Source: Scyliorhinus canicula (lineage: Eukaryota). Taken from it: a stretch of DNA of 64,000 nt. Under the pieces are notes generated by a model that was not told where the DNA came from, did no database searches, and was given only the letters and a program-made list of their open reading frames with translations. Positions 39,729 to 52,339 of this stretch are shown piece after piece (the first letter of the stretch is position 1; every line of letters begins with the position of its first letter). The stretch lies in contig NC_052146.1 of NCBI RefSeq assembly GCF_902713615.1, forward strand, positions 61,457,833 to 61,521,832, read 5' to 3'. The position numbers were made by a program, and so were the translations under genes.

Positions 39729-40749
39729 GGGCTCCATTTTCCAATTGTGTCAGTCAAAAACGGCGGGTTTTCAGGAGCCTTCCAAAATGGGCCCGACCCT
39801 ACGAAAATACTGTGGGACAGGAAAAGCAATATTCACTTCAGGCTCAGTGACCGATATTAGTGTACAGGTTTGCAACCTGAGCCGTTCCAGACCTGTGAAA
39901 TGGCCATTTGGAAATGTCATGGGAGTCAAGGAGGGCACAGCAAACGCAAAATTCTAACAAAAAGAAACCATGGGCGAGCAGAGCCAGGCCGGAGAATCCC
40001 CTCGACCAGCTCGAATTACGCCACCCCGACGCCGGGACGTGATTCTCCGCAGAGCAGACAATCGGTGCCATTGGTGCCAGCGTGATCGGCACGGCGTTGG
40101 TCAGGGGCCGCTCTACGCCCCCCCCCCCCCCCCCCCCCCCCGCCAATTCTTGGCCCGGGATGGGCCGAGCGGCCGTCACACAAATCCCGAGTCCCACCGG
40201 CGCCGTTCTAACCTGCTCTCAGCTGGCAGGACCTCGGTATGGAAGGGTTCGGGGGTGGGCTGTGGGAGGGGGGGATCAACCCCGGGGAGGGCCTCTGTTG
40301 TAGCCTGGCCCACGATCGGGACCCACTGATTGGTGGGCTGACCTCTCGGGCTGGGGGCCTCCTTTCTTCCGCGCCGGCCCCTTTAGCCCTACGCATTGTT
40401 GCTTTGGAGCCGGCGTGGAGAAGGGAGCCACTGCACATGCGCGCGTTGGCGTCGGTGCCATTGCGCATGTGCGAATTGGCGCCGGTGCCACTGCGCGTGC
40501 GCAGTCCCCACGGCGCACAGTTGATGCCAGGATCAGCAGCTGGAGCGGCATGGGCCACTCCAGTGCCGTGCTGGCCCCCTGTAGGGTCCAGAATTGCTGA
40601 TCCTGAGGCCATGTTTACGCCATCGAGAAACGCAACGGCGTTTCCGAAGGCGTCAATACTCAGCCTCAGGATCAGAGAATCCCACCCTATGGTTTTTGCC
40701 ATTCCTGACCCTGTTCCAGCCACCACATGGGAAGGTGAAAATCTGGCCC
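39729..40749. mobile_element. Harbinger-like MITE containing a nested MITE (39972-40687)
   Basis: Outer TIR GGGCTCCATTTTC / GAAAATCTGGCCC with flanks att/aat; inner GGGCGA...AGAGAATCCCACCC with flanks cat/tat. Confidence 0.65.
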
Positions 40750-41112
40750 AATGTTTCGGGACTGTGACGTTGCTATCATCGGGTGTGCTGCAATTTACTG
40801 AGCAGAGGCTGGACGTCAACTGCCTTACACTGCCTTCTACGTCCCCATTTGGAAAGTTTTTGTGGTTTGCGCTCCTTGTTGTACATTCTGCTCTTTTTCT
40901 CCTGTCCGCTGAACTGCTTTGTTAAAGGTAAAATGGCTGAACAAAATGTAATGGTCAAGAAAGCCCAGCCGCACTTATCACTGCCAATACCTTCTCTGTT
41001 CAAAACCTAGTTCAGCCCAGTGACAAACCATCTGAGCCTACTTAGCAACCACAGCCAAAGCCCATCTTCTTCTGGACTTGAGACAGTTTAAGGCCATGCT
41101 CGTTAACAAGAT

Positions 41113-41335
41113 TAAAAAAAGAAATAAATTTAATGTACCCAATTCTTTTTTCTCCAATTAAGGGGCAATTTAGCATTGCCAATTCACCTACCCTGCACAT
41201 CTTTTTGGGTTGTGGGGGTGAGACCCACGCAGGCACGGGGAGAATCTGCAACCTCCACGTGGACAGTGACCCGGCGCCGAGATCGAACCTGCGTCCTCGC
41301 CGCCATGAGGCAGCAGTGCTAACCACTGCACCCCT
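41113..41335 (-). mobile_element. V-domain SINE with short A/T-rich tail C
   Basis: Tail ttgccccttaattggag...aattgggtacattaaatttatt; similar copies at 48610 and 58480. Confidence 0.8.
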
Positions 41336-41699
41336 CATTCGCAAGATTGAAAAGAGTGGGCTGCTCCCAAGTTCCACGCACTGCACGGACGGGTTGCCGG
41401 GATGTCTTTTGCAAATAGAACTGGAACCACACAAAGACCCACTGTCAGGGATCATACATCTTGCGGCCAGCCACGCATCAACAATTCTGGATCAGCCATA
41501 AAAGGCTCATAGTTACTGCCAGTTGATTATCCAGTAGGACACCCTCCAAAAAGTGTTGTTGCTTCAAACTCCTTTGGTAATCACCAATGGCTGGATCAGG
41601 ACTGCTGGAATCTCTCTTGCCTTCCATCCTATCGCTGATCTTGCCTTCCATTCTTTCCCCTCCTCCCCCCGCCTTTGCCCCCCCCCCCCCCCCCCCCCC

Positions 41700-41885
41700 C
41701 CCCGTCCCAGCCTCTGAACTTATTTAAAACTTGACACCTCTCTTAATTTTCTCCAGTTCTAATGAAAGGTCATCACCCTGAAAAATTCACTCTGTTTCAC
41801 TTTCCACATAAGCTGACTGACTTGTTATACATTTTCATACTTCTGATTCCTATTTCCAGGATCCCTTGTGTTTTGTTTTTGTGTC
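41700..41885 (+). mobile_element. Penelope-like element terminal fragment
   Basis: ttctaatgaaaggtcatcaccctgaaa...ctctgtttc...ctgactgacttg; homologous to 42978-43100 (-) and 49385-49500. Confidence 0.55.
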
Positions 41886-42977
41886 TGCTGGAATATGCAC
41901 TGGGTGTGGAACGTCTGCGGCCGCCCCATTGGCACCCAGTGTCTCCTCTATGTACTTTGCCACCCTCCCAAAGTCACAAAGCATCCATTGTTTTATGCAG
42001 TGTTCGTAGCTGCACCTTTGTCCCTGTGATGCGCCTTGGGGCAGTTCACTATGTCAAAGGTAACGCACAAATGAAAATTGTTTGCTCATTTAAAATACAC
42101 CATAAAGCCCTACCTCGAGTGAAAATACAGGCTTTTCTAATAACTTGACTATGACATTCCTGACAGAATAAGAAGCAGTAATTTTTCAAACCTGACCCAC
42201 CTCCACACACAGTAGCCACCACCAATGCACCCCCCCCCCCCCTCCCCCCCAACACTGCTGGCCCAAGATTGCTCGTAGAGATAGATTAGTTGCTATAGTG
42301 AAGCCCATACATCAGTCCGCTCCCCCCCCCCAAGGAAAAAAACATATCCCACCTGCGACCTGCGGACATTTGTCACAACCAAACCTGACCCTGTCCTCAC
42401 TCGATTAAGTCACAAGATCACCTCCAGCGAGGGTCACTAGATAGCGATCAGCAGCAGGAGCCTGGCATCCTTAGCAAAGGAATACCAAACTCAGTTGCAG
42501 CAACCCCACAGACTGATCCAGCTAACTCAGCACAGACCAGAGATTGAACCCAGGGACCATAATTTAGTTTATGTGAACTTCAAAGGAAATCCACTGGGCT
42601 TCGGACGCTTATGCATAATATCATATTTATCATTCCTATGGAGGTTGGGCACAGATTAATCGACAGCTGGTATTTATAAAACTCTGCAAGCCAGCTGAAA
42701 GGCAATTAGTTGAAAATCATATTACCAGAGGTTGTCTTATCTCTCAATTATCTACAAACACTTTGGACACCACACAGCATTGGCTTTTCTTGTGTTTCTG
42801 ATAACATGGTCTTACTGCGCCAACTATAAAGCAAGCAACAAGCTGAGTGATCAGATAGAGAGCAGCTCCGATGCAAATGAGGCTTCAGTATCCGGAAGTA
42901 TCAAACATAGATCTGATGAACACCCAGTTCACTGTAAGCGAGGGGGTCAGTGGTCTGCCAGGAAACAATTAAAGGTT

Positions 42978-43235
42978 GGAAATAAAAACAGAAAATGCTG
43001 GAAAAACTCAGCAGGTCTGGCAGCATCTGTTGAGAGAAAAACAGAGTTAACTTTTCGAGTCCAACATAATTCCTTCTTCAGACAGAGCTAAAGAAGATGG
43101 ACGTGAAAAGGGTTTTATGCTGTTGAAAAAGGGGGAAGGGGGTAGGTGGGGCAAAAAAGACGGTCACGGTTAAGAAGGGAGGAGAGATAAATGACAAAAA
43201 TGTCATGAAACACAAGATAAAGGGTTTGGTAATGA
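42978..43235 (-). mobile_element. Penelope-like element terminal fragment
   Basis: Minus strand ctgaagaagg...gactcgaaaagttaactctg...cagatgctgccagacctgctgagtttttccagcattttctgtttttattt. Confidence 0.7.
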
Positions 43236-43289
43236 TAGTATAGCTTTAGTCCTTTTCTGACAGAGCACCTATTTTAATTGCCATTTGGG

Positions 43290-44420
43290 GACATTTTCTC
43301 AATTCTTTCATGAGATGTGGAGAAAGGCCAGCATTTCTTACTGAGCCTCAATCGCTCTTGAACTTTGGCCCTTGGCCTTTTCAGAAGGCAGTTAAGAGTC
43401 ATCACATCGCTGTGGTCTAGAGCAGTGTTCTTCAAACCTTTGTTCTGGGGACCCATTTTTACCAAATGGCCAACCTTCGGGACCCAACCCGGCCGATCTT
43501 GGCGACCCACGCTGGCCGACCTTCGCGACACACGCCGGCCGACCTTCGCGACCCATGACGGCCGACCTGTGCAACCCACCGTTTTCTCTTACCTTGTTTG
43601 CTGCTGACAAAATTGGAGGGAAAGGTTATGGGTCCCTTTGGCCTCGTACACGTTCCTCCAATGGAACCTGTTGGACGAAGGTGAAGCCTTCCGTTGTCGT
43701 AAAGTATGGAGTCTCCATCTGTCCAAAGTTCTGCATTTTATTTCCTGTAAAATTTTACCCCCCCGAACTTGTAAAAAAAAGAATAAAATAAATGAAAAAG
43801 ATACAAATTAAATGAATAAAATAAATGAATAAAACTTCCCAAACTTGTACAACAAAAAGCTGCAACCGTTTAAAAAAACAAACGGCCGCACTGCACATTT
43901 GTGCCCGATCATCGGCGCGCATGTGCATAGTTTTGTGCATGCGCGCCGATGATCTGGCATGCATGCGCAGTGCGGCCGCATTTTTGTTTATATGTTCACA
44001 GCCATTTTGAAGGCCGCTTGCCGCCAGCGTTATTAACAGCCGGCTGCTGCGGCTGTTGCGCGCAGATTTGCGCGATCAGGAGCGGTGCGACGGACAGCTC
44101 CGTGACCCTCCCGACATCCGCCCGCGACCCACCCCCGGGTCGCGCCCCCGAGTTTGACAATGCCTGGTCTAGAGTCACATCTAGCCCAGGTGAGGGCTGC
44201 AGATTTCCTTGCTAAAGATCTTTAGCGAGCTGGATGTTTTTTTACGACAGTTGATAGTTTTATGCTCACCATCATGGCAGTAGTTTTAAATTCCAGATGT
44301 ATTCATTCAATTTAAATTTCACCAGCTGCCTTGGTGGGATTCTGATCCATGTGCCCTGGCCCATTAGCTTGGGTTTCAGGATTATTAGCGCAGTTACAAT
44401 TATCATTACCCACCATCTCC
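43290..44420 (-). mobile_element. Family 4 SINE split by a hAT MITE
   Basis: Homology to 5505-5760 continues on both sides of the gtctagag duplication. Confidence 0.6.
43423..44166. mobile_element. hAT (Charlie-like) MITE
   Basis: TIRs CAGTGTTCTTCAAAC / GTTTGACAATGCCTG; perfect 8-bp TSD GTCTAGAG (43415-43422, 44167-44174). Confidence 0.92.
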
Positions 44421-45509
44421 CGCAACACAGCCAGCTAGCTTACCAATTGGTGTCAAAACCTTGTTGCTTGTCTGTTGTTTAATTATTCTTCAGGGATAAC
44501 CTGGCAGAACTGAGGTGGTCACATTGAGTTTGACCAAATAGTGAGTTTTCCAAATCTCCTAGAATGATTTATTTACGTGACCATGGCTTTTGGACCATTC
44601 AGGAGGTCCTTTTAAGACACCAATTTTGGCCACGTTAACTCTGCAGACTCTCCACCTTACAGATTGATGCCCCAGCTGGGAAAACAATCCTGCAGACCAG
44701 TCCCACAACAACTTGCTTTACAGAACCATTATCAGCCAATATGCCAGATTCTTTTGCAGTGGTTATGGCAAGACACATATGAGGACACACATGTCCCTGG
44801 GAATCCTACACATTGAGAGCTCACATATGTTCAGAGACAGTCAAAACAAAGTCTTGAAATTTTGATTTTATATACTGTTCAACCACCCCGCACCCACAAA
44901 TGATAAATCAGCACTCCCCTATATTGAGCATTACTTGGAGGGCTTACAATGTACACAGTGACTCGAACCAAACTCATTGAGTCCTGGAAAACACAGCTGC
45001 CAGACTGAGACTGCATCAGATGGTGAGCGAACCAGAACAAGGAATGAAGTACTTGACCACCTCTTCATCAACTTACCTGTCAAAATATGTCTGTCCACAA
45101 TAGCATGGGTAGAAATAGACCTTGTAAAGACAAATTTGTCTCCCCACCACGGACATATTTTCCATTATGTAGTGTGACACTACCACCCTATTAAGTAGGG
45201 CAGACAAAGGATACATCAAGCTACCCAAGACTGGGCATCCTTGAGGCGCTGTGGGTCATTAGCAGCAGCATTGCATCCCGCCACATTTTCAAGGCAATTT
45301 ACAGGAGTGTGATGGAAAATGCACTACTTGATTAGATAGATGCAGTCAGAACAGCATTCAAGAAACTCAACACATACTGAATGTATAATTTGTTAAATTA
45401 ACAGCCCCATATCCACTACCTCCAGTATCGGCTCGACAACAACTTGCATTGATATACTGCCTTCAGCATTGTAAAATGCCTGGCTGCAACATGCATGATG
45501 ATCAAGATA

Positions 45510-45836
45510 CATAGAGTTTACAGTGCAGAAGGAGGCCATTTGGCCCATCAAGCCTGCACTGGCCCTTGGAAAGAGCATCCCACTCAAGCCCACAACTCCG
45601 CCCCATACCCGTAGGCCAGTAACCCCTTTGGACACTCAGGGAAATTTAGCATGGCCAATCCACCTAACTTGCACGTCTTTGGACTGTGGGAGGAAACCGG
45701 AGCACCCAGAGGAAACCCACGCAGACACGAGGAGAACGTGCAGACTCTGCACAGAGAGTGACCCAAGCCGGGAATTGAACCTGGGGCCCTGGAGCTGTGA
45801 AGCGACAATGCTAACCACTGTGCTACCGTGCCGCCC
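45510..45836 (-). mobile_element. V-domain SINE within decayed L2-like sequence
   Basis: Full head, core and CR1-type tail on the minus strand. Confidence 0.88.
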
Positions 45837-48111
45837 ATGAACTGAATTCAGTCAGAGCATTTGGTTTCTACCATCAAGAGCAGTAATATTGTGGGAACTT
45901 TCCCATCTGGTCACACACCGTCCTTCCTTGAACATATATCCCATCACCATGACTGAGTCAATTACCAGTTGAACAACATTATGGAAGGTGCTATCACCAC
46001 AAGGGCAACAATGGTTCAAGGAGAATGCTCACAACCACCTTCTTAAGACATTCCAGGATGGGCAATAAATTTGGCCGTTTCAGTGTTATCCACATCCCAA
46101 GAGAGAAAACAAGAGGCTCCATTGTATGAATAGCTGAGAGTGGATGTTGCAAATTTTTCAGTCATTTCTCAGTTCTCCATGCAATGTGTGGAACTATCTG
46201 GTCTTTGATCATTATTCTCCTCTGCTGGTCCCTATTGATTTCAGTTATGCTCTAATTATAGACCCCTATTGTTGTAGTGCTGACTTTGCCTTTCTGGTAG
46301 GTCTTTTACCTCTGCTGTATCTGCATTGTGCTTTTCAGAGACAATCAAGACCAGAAATAAGACCAGAACTGGCACTGGTCGCCTCAGAAATGAAAACACA
46401 AAGTAGCATTTGTTTGAAAAGCAATTGCTCCAATATTGACCACACAAGTTGCACAAGCTTACCAACTTTCCGCAGTTGGCCCACAGATGGATTTGGCATG
46501 TTCATTTTATCATGACTGAAGAATAATAATTTCGTTAAAGGTTTTGCAAAGCCTCCCTTCACCCTTCCCCTGCTGCCGCCACCCCCCTTAACCCACCCCC
46601 AACCAATCCCCCACCATGATGCAAAAATGAACAAACCCCAAGTGGGATTGGAAGAAAGTTGCTCCTTCCAGTACCAAAGCTTGGAAGCTGGATGGCATAA
46701 AAGTCCAGCAACGCCAGTTTTCATCTACGTTGACCAGCTCTCTTTTATGGAAAGCTGGATAATCAACGAGTTGACAATGGGTGCTGAAGATTATCCACAG
46801 CAAATACATACATAGATGATTAAATGTACTACTGATGGGCCCACGCTGCTCCACTATGGGAATGCCATCTGTGGAATGTGACTCGTTATGGCTGAGAAAT
46901 GTAGGCTGCGGCATTATATTGATATCCTGCAGTTTAGCGAGATTAGTTTCAGGATTTGAGGAAAATCAATACATCTCTTTTTCATTCTCATGAGGGGATT
47001 AAAGAAAAAGTTAATGAAAAATATTTGGCAATTAATTTTCCATTCATTTATAATCAATGGTGTAAATTATACCACAACATATAATTAGACCAAAACGCCA
47101 TTAACAACCTATGTCCTGTCACTTTTCTTACCATGAACAAGAAAAGGCCGACAGCTTTTATTCATGGAGGAGGCGCCACTTTAATTAGATCTCGTCAATC
47201 TGACAAATTGAGCAACATACAGTTGTGTGTTCCATTATGAACAGGAATTGCCATTATTTGAATGTAATCTGTCACCTTTATTGTCTTACCATCCGAGTTG
47301 AAGGACGCTGCACTGTGACAAAGAGTTTCAGAAAATAAACTGTGGAAGACTGCTGCACTGATATCACTGAGGTATCCTGTGCCTTTGACCTAACTTTTTG
47401 TTCCTTTTGCTGATAGTCAAAAAAAAACCCTCCTCGATGATGTCTCCAGTCCTCCAGGAACCAACAAAACAGAAGTGTAACTGAAAAATTAATTTGACAC
47501 TTTGCCTGCCAAAGCTTTCTGCAAAATTAAAATCCATGGGGGCTGACATAAAAGATGAGTTCATGACAGGAGAATGCCTTTGAAATATGCTTCTCTCAGT
47601 ATGATGAATGACGCTGGCTGAGGCTTCACTGTGTGGATAGGCCTCCACCTGCTGGCCAATGTATTTCTACATCGAGCTGCCTCACTATTATTCTCTTCTG
47701 TTAAATAGTTCAATGTTGTTAAGCATTTGTGTGGCTAGATTTTTAAAAAATACTTGCTTTAATATATGGCCACTTTTACTCTTCAAAGTTGCATGGGACG
47801 TACTTTATTATCTTTTCTATTTATAACTCAGGACTGGAGTGTTTTGTTTGTTTGAAGAGGTTGAAGGCCAACTAGTGACCACTGCACTGATTGATCCTTT
47901 CACTGATGCATTCTTACGATGCAATGCTTGTTTCATTGAGCGGCCTACTCTAGAAAATATTTTTTGTTGCTTTTCTCCCCACTGAATGGGCTGATTTGAA
48001 TATTATCATCTCGCCATAATATGATACGGCAGAAAAAAACGGTCACTCGGCCTATATGTGTGCCTCCTAGATTCTTGCTTGATCCCCATCACCGTTACCT
48101 TTCGCTTTAAC

Positions 48112-48410
48112 GGGTGGCATGGTAGCACAGTGGTTAACACAGTTGCTTCACAGCTCCAGGGTCCCAGGTTCGATTCCCAGCTAGGGCCACTGTCTGCGGA
48201 GTCTGCACATTCTCCCTGTGTCTGCCTGGGTTTCCTCTGAGTGCTGCGGCTTCCTCCCACAAGTTCCGAAAGATGTGCTGTTAGGTAATTTGGACATTCT
48301 GAATTCTCCCTCTGTGTACCCGAACAGGCGCCGGAATGTGGCGACTAGGGACTTTTCACAGTAACTTTATTGCAGTGTTAATGTAGCCTACTTGTGAGAA
48401 TAAAGATTAT
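48112..48410 (+). mobile_element. V-domain SINE with tail B
   Basis: gggtggcatggtagcacagtgg...ggttcgattcc...aataaagattatt. Confidence 0.88.
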
Positions 48411-49384
48411 TGTATAAAAAACTTTCCTCCTTTTCTTTTAATCTAATTTGGATCTAATTTCCTTTTAATAAGAGTTTGCAGGCTCTGTGCCAGTAGAGGA
48501 TTGTGGCATCTGCTGCCCAATCTCCAGAGTATTGTCCATTTGATGGGAGTGATTCTTGACCAGTGATTCTAGCTACAAAAAAGGGTGTGTGGAGCGTAAC
48601 AGATTAGCCTGGTTCCACACAACCCAAAGATGTGCAAGGTAGGTGGATTGAACATGCTAAATTGCCCCTTAATTTGAAAAAAACAAATTGGGTACTCTAA
48701 ATTTATTTTTAAAAAATTAATGAGTCTAGGATTGTAGTCATTTTTTAAAATCAAGTAATTGGATTTAAATTCCCCTAGCTGCTGTAACAGGATTTGAATG
48801 CATGATTAATCTGGGATGCTAGCCCAGTAACATTACCATTATGTGACCGGCCTCTTGAGGGGGCACAAGAGCCTCAGCTAGTTTTGTTCCCCTTAACAAT
48901 ACATTAGCAGTGCTGACCAATGGTCAGACTTGCAACATTCCTGGTCTGTTAGCTCAGTTCCATATTGGGCCGTGCATTCACTAACTGAGCCAGCAAGGCA
49001 GTCAGCGTTAGAATATTGCTCGCTGCACGATGAAATCCCATCAATGAGCACCACACATCCATTCAGAAATCATTTTCGGGAGTCATTCATTAAAGGACTA
49101 AGTGAATGATGGACCATTTTCGAAAGGTAATTCTGTTGTTCCTGTGTTGAGAAGGGAGCCAAAAGCGGCAGTATCTAGAAATTCCGTATATCCATATGCA
49201 AACGAAATGAAATCAATGCAGAAGTTTGCCGCTCCCTGAGAAATGATAAGAATACAGGGGGTAATTTTCAACTTCACTGCCTATCATCAGTGGCTTAATA
49301 TGTCATATTCTCTTTGTTATTACATGAAATTAGGGATTTCCAGGACTCTCAGAAATCCTTGGGATCATATTCCATAACTATTCT

Positions 49385-49500
49385 CACCCTGAAATATTAA
49401 CGGTTTCTCTCTCCAATGATGCTGCCAGATCTGCTAAGTATTTCTAATATTTTCTGTTCTTATTTCAGACTTCCAGCATCTGCAGTATTTTGCTTTTGTA
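49385..49500 (+). mobile_element. Penelope-like terminal fragment
   Basis: gatgctgccagatctgctaagtatttctaatattttctgttcttatttcaga. Confidence 0.6.
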
Positions 49501-49712
49501 AAGTAAAGTCACTGTAGCCCAGATGAACATAGGTTGCTTTTCCCTTTGAGGGGGAGAGCTAACTGGTGGTGAGGGTCACCACACCTCAGGCAAGGGGCAA
49601 GGCAGGGAAGGTGGGGCCTTCATGAATAGCCTCAGCCGGAAAAGGAACTGAACCCGCGCAGTTGGCGTCACTCCGCATCCCAAACCAGCCTTCCAGCCAA
49701 CTACGCTAACTG
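49501..49712 (-). mobile_element. tRNA-Ile-like SINE (family 3)
   Basis: Reverse complement of the copies at 35128 and 53370. Confidence 0.8.
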
Positions 49713-50012
49713 TATTGGGGAATCTAATAGTTATATTGTCTGTGCACTGACCATGACTGGGCAGCAACTAGTGATGGTAGAGGGAATCAGAAACTTCACA
49801 ACACAGAAAGCATATTAACACAGCATTGAGGATTTGCGTGACAGCAAAGGTGACGACACGTTTTGGACAATGCTCACTATTTGTTTTGTGCCACACCATT
49901 TATTACAATTCCTGTGGCTTAAACTGCTTACTTTTACAATATTATAATTCTGTCAATAATCCGTGTAATTAACAGCAGTGATTAAAATTTTTCTTCCCTT
50001 CTGCCTCACCAG

Positions 50013-50123
50013 CAGCCCACGGAATACTTTGACATGGGGATCTTCTTGGCTTTCTTTGTGGTGGTGTCTCTCGTCTGTCTGGTTCTACTCATTAAGATCA
50101 AACTCAAACAACGCAGGAGTCAG
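50013..50123 (+). CDS. ZNRF3: ZNRF3 transmembrane exon ([37 protein letters not shown])
   Basis: Acceptor ctcaccag|CAG and donor CAG|gtaaga; 111 nt, phase 0-0; hydrophobic helix followed by basic stop-transfer residues. Confidence 0.97.
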
Positions 50124-51022
50124 GTAAGAGACAAACTTTTTTTATGCACTATTTCGGCTCAATCAGAAAAGATTATAATGACTTTGGAAACTCCCAAACC
50201 TGGATAATCACAACTTCTGCAATGTAGCATAAACTCAAGCGTAGAAAGTTGCAAATGATCAGGCAGTTTTTATTGAGCCACTTTATAAAGAAGGTAAATA
50301 TACTCACAATGACAGTCAAATTGAATAGTGTCAATAAGTTCAAGCATGGATCTGGACAGATATTTGGAGGATAAAGGGATTGAGGGAATTGCGATTTGGA
50401 GGAGTACATGTGGAAGGTGTACCTTTGACTTTGGGCATTAATGTAAAACAGATGAGGTCGGAATAGCCGCCCATTCTGCATGTCTCCTCAAATTTATTTC
50501 TATTGACTACAACAGAAGTGAACATCAGGAGAGACGTATTACAGGCAGCTGATCCATTTCGCCCCTTTTATGCTATTGTCCCTGACCTCCACGTTTTTCT
50601 CTGAACTTTGGCACTGGCAGCCATTTGATTGCTAATTTAATAGATTTGAGAATTGGTTTGGGCACAGACATTAAAATTGCTGAAATATTCATGGGCTAAA
50701 ACCGTAACACAACAGAGTCAAAACCTATCGTTAACCATCCAAAGAAACACATACAATTGTAGTTGTTGGTCTTGACCTGAGAAAGAATCCTTACCTCCTT
50801 CCTTCATAGGTGCAATAAATGATTCAAAGTTTAGCTTTACTGGGGTACATATGTCTGCCTGTGGTGTCAAAAAGAGTGATGCAAAGGGCCTGAGGGGAAT
50901 CTTCATCACCATTACATAAGTAAGCATGTAATCACACACATGCATGATACATTATATGTTTCTTCACTGTTTTGTATATGTTTGCAGTGCTTCTAATATG
51001 GCAGCTATGCATCTCTATAAAG

Positions 51023-52213
51023 CAGTGTTTTTCAAACTCTTTTTCCTGGGGACCCACTTTGCCAACCGACCAACCTCGCGACACACACCGACTGGCTTTC
51101 GAGCCCCGTGCCGGCTGACCGTTGCAACCCAAGCAATGCTCGCTTACCGTTGATGTGCAAGGGGAATGTGCTTGGTCCTCATGATCTCACGCCAATCAGA
51201 TACACAGAAAGAGAGGGCAAAGTGCATACAGGGTGCAGAGTTCAGCCAGTTCCTTCGTGCCGTCTTCATCTTTGTGAGAGTGGAAAACCCAACCTCACAC
51301 ATGCAGGTCATTGTGAAGGGAAATAGCAACAAAATACTTGTTTTACTCAGCACTGAATACTCATGGGAGATGCTACCCCAGAATACTGACAGCCTCGTGG
51401 AATTTTGGTGTGTGTAATGTGCTGTCACAGATCATGTGCAGCAGCTTAGTCTTTTCGTTGGAGTCAGCTGTAAGTTAGTAACTGGCTCTGGGATCTCAAA
51501 CTCAAAATAAATGTTTCACCCAACTTCAAAATATGAAACGTCTCCTCATTTTTGCCTGCACTTCCCTGCATAAAACACGCATAGACTTTGCATCCTTATT
51601 TGCAAAGGCACAATTTACAAAACCATACCTCAAGAAATCATTTTTATACTGCTTTATTCCCGAGTTAAGTTCATTCTTTGTAGGTTATTTACCAGAGGCC
51701 CAGGAGCTCTGCACATAGCTAACATGAGCACTGCTCTGTCCTGCCATGGACTCTCTTGAGCAGCACTCTCCACCAGATTCAGATGTGAGATACTGGCCAG
51801 TAGGTACACTGCCTATTTGTGTCCCTGGACGTCTCTTCCTTGTAACAGTACAATCCATCTTCACAGTGCTCATGACATTCTTGCCAGCAGCTGGAAAAAT
51901 GAAGAAGCTCTCCATTGTCATTTTGTACCAAAGGCAGGTATATACAGGATGCTTGACATCAAGTGTACGTGCAGGGTGCGTGACCTGCTCACTGCTGTCA
52001 CTTCTGGCCAAATGACTGCACACAGCTTCATTTTGTTCTCATTTTAAAGGTGTCAGCAGACACCATTCTTAATTTAATGTTGGTAGCAGCCATTGGGCGC
52101 TTCTCACACAATTGTGACCACTATGGGAACACTGCGACCGATCGCTCCACGACCCTCCCGACACTTGCCCATTACTCACAAGTGGGTTGCGACCCATACT
52201 TTGTAAAACCCTG
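51023..52213 (-). mobile_element. Internally deleted hAT (Charlie/Buster-like) transposon with transposase remnants
   Basis: TIRs CAGTGTTTTTCAAAC / CTTTGTAAAACCCTG; TSD ctataaag/ctataaat; minus ORF 51144..51428 FWGSISHEY...CEVGFSTLTKMKTARRNWL resembles the hAT C-terminal dimerisation domain; YKNDFLRYGF N-terminal remnant near 51620-51650. Confidence 0.85.
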
Positions 52214-52339
52214 CTATAAATTGAGCTGACTGCTCACTTCAATTCTGAGAACAAATGCTTCACTTTGTGAAGTTGGGCACAGAAAATTTCACTGTAGGGA
52301 TTCGAACTGGAGAAAACAAACCTGTTAGGAAAGAACCGG

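Noticed and set aside
43468-43578. CRISPR-like array
   Set aside because: Units are contiguous without unique spacers and lie inside a hAT element in vertebrate DNA.
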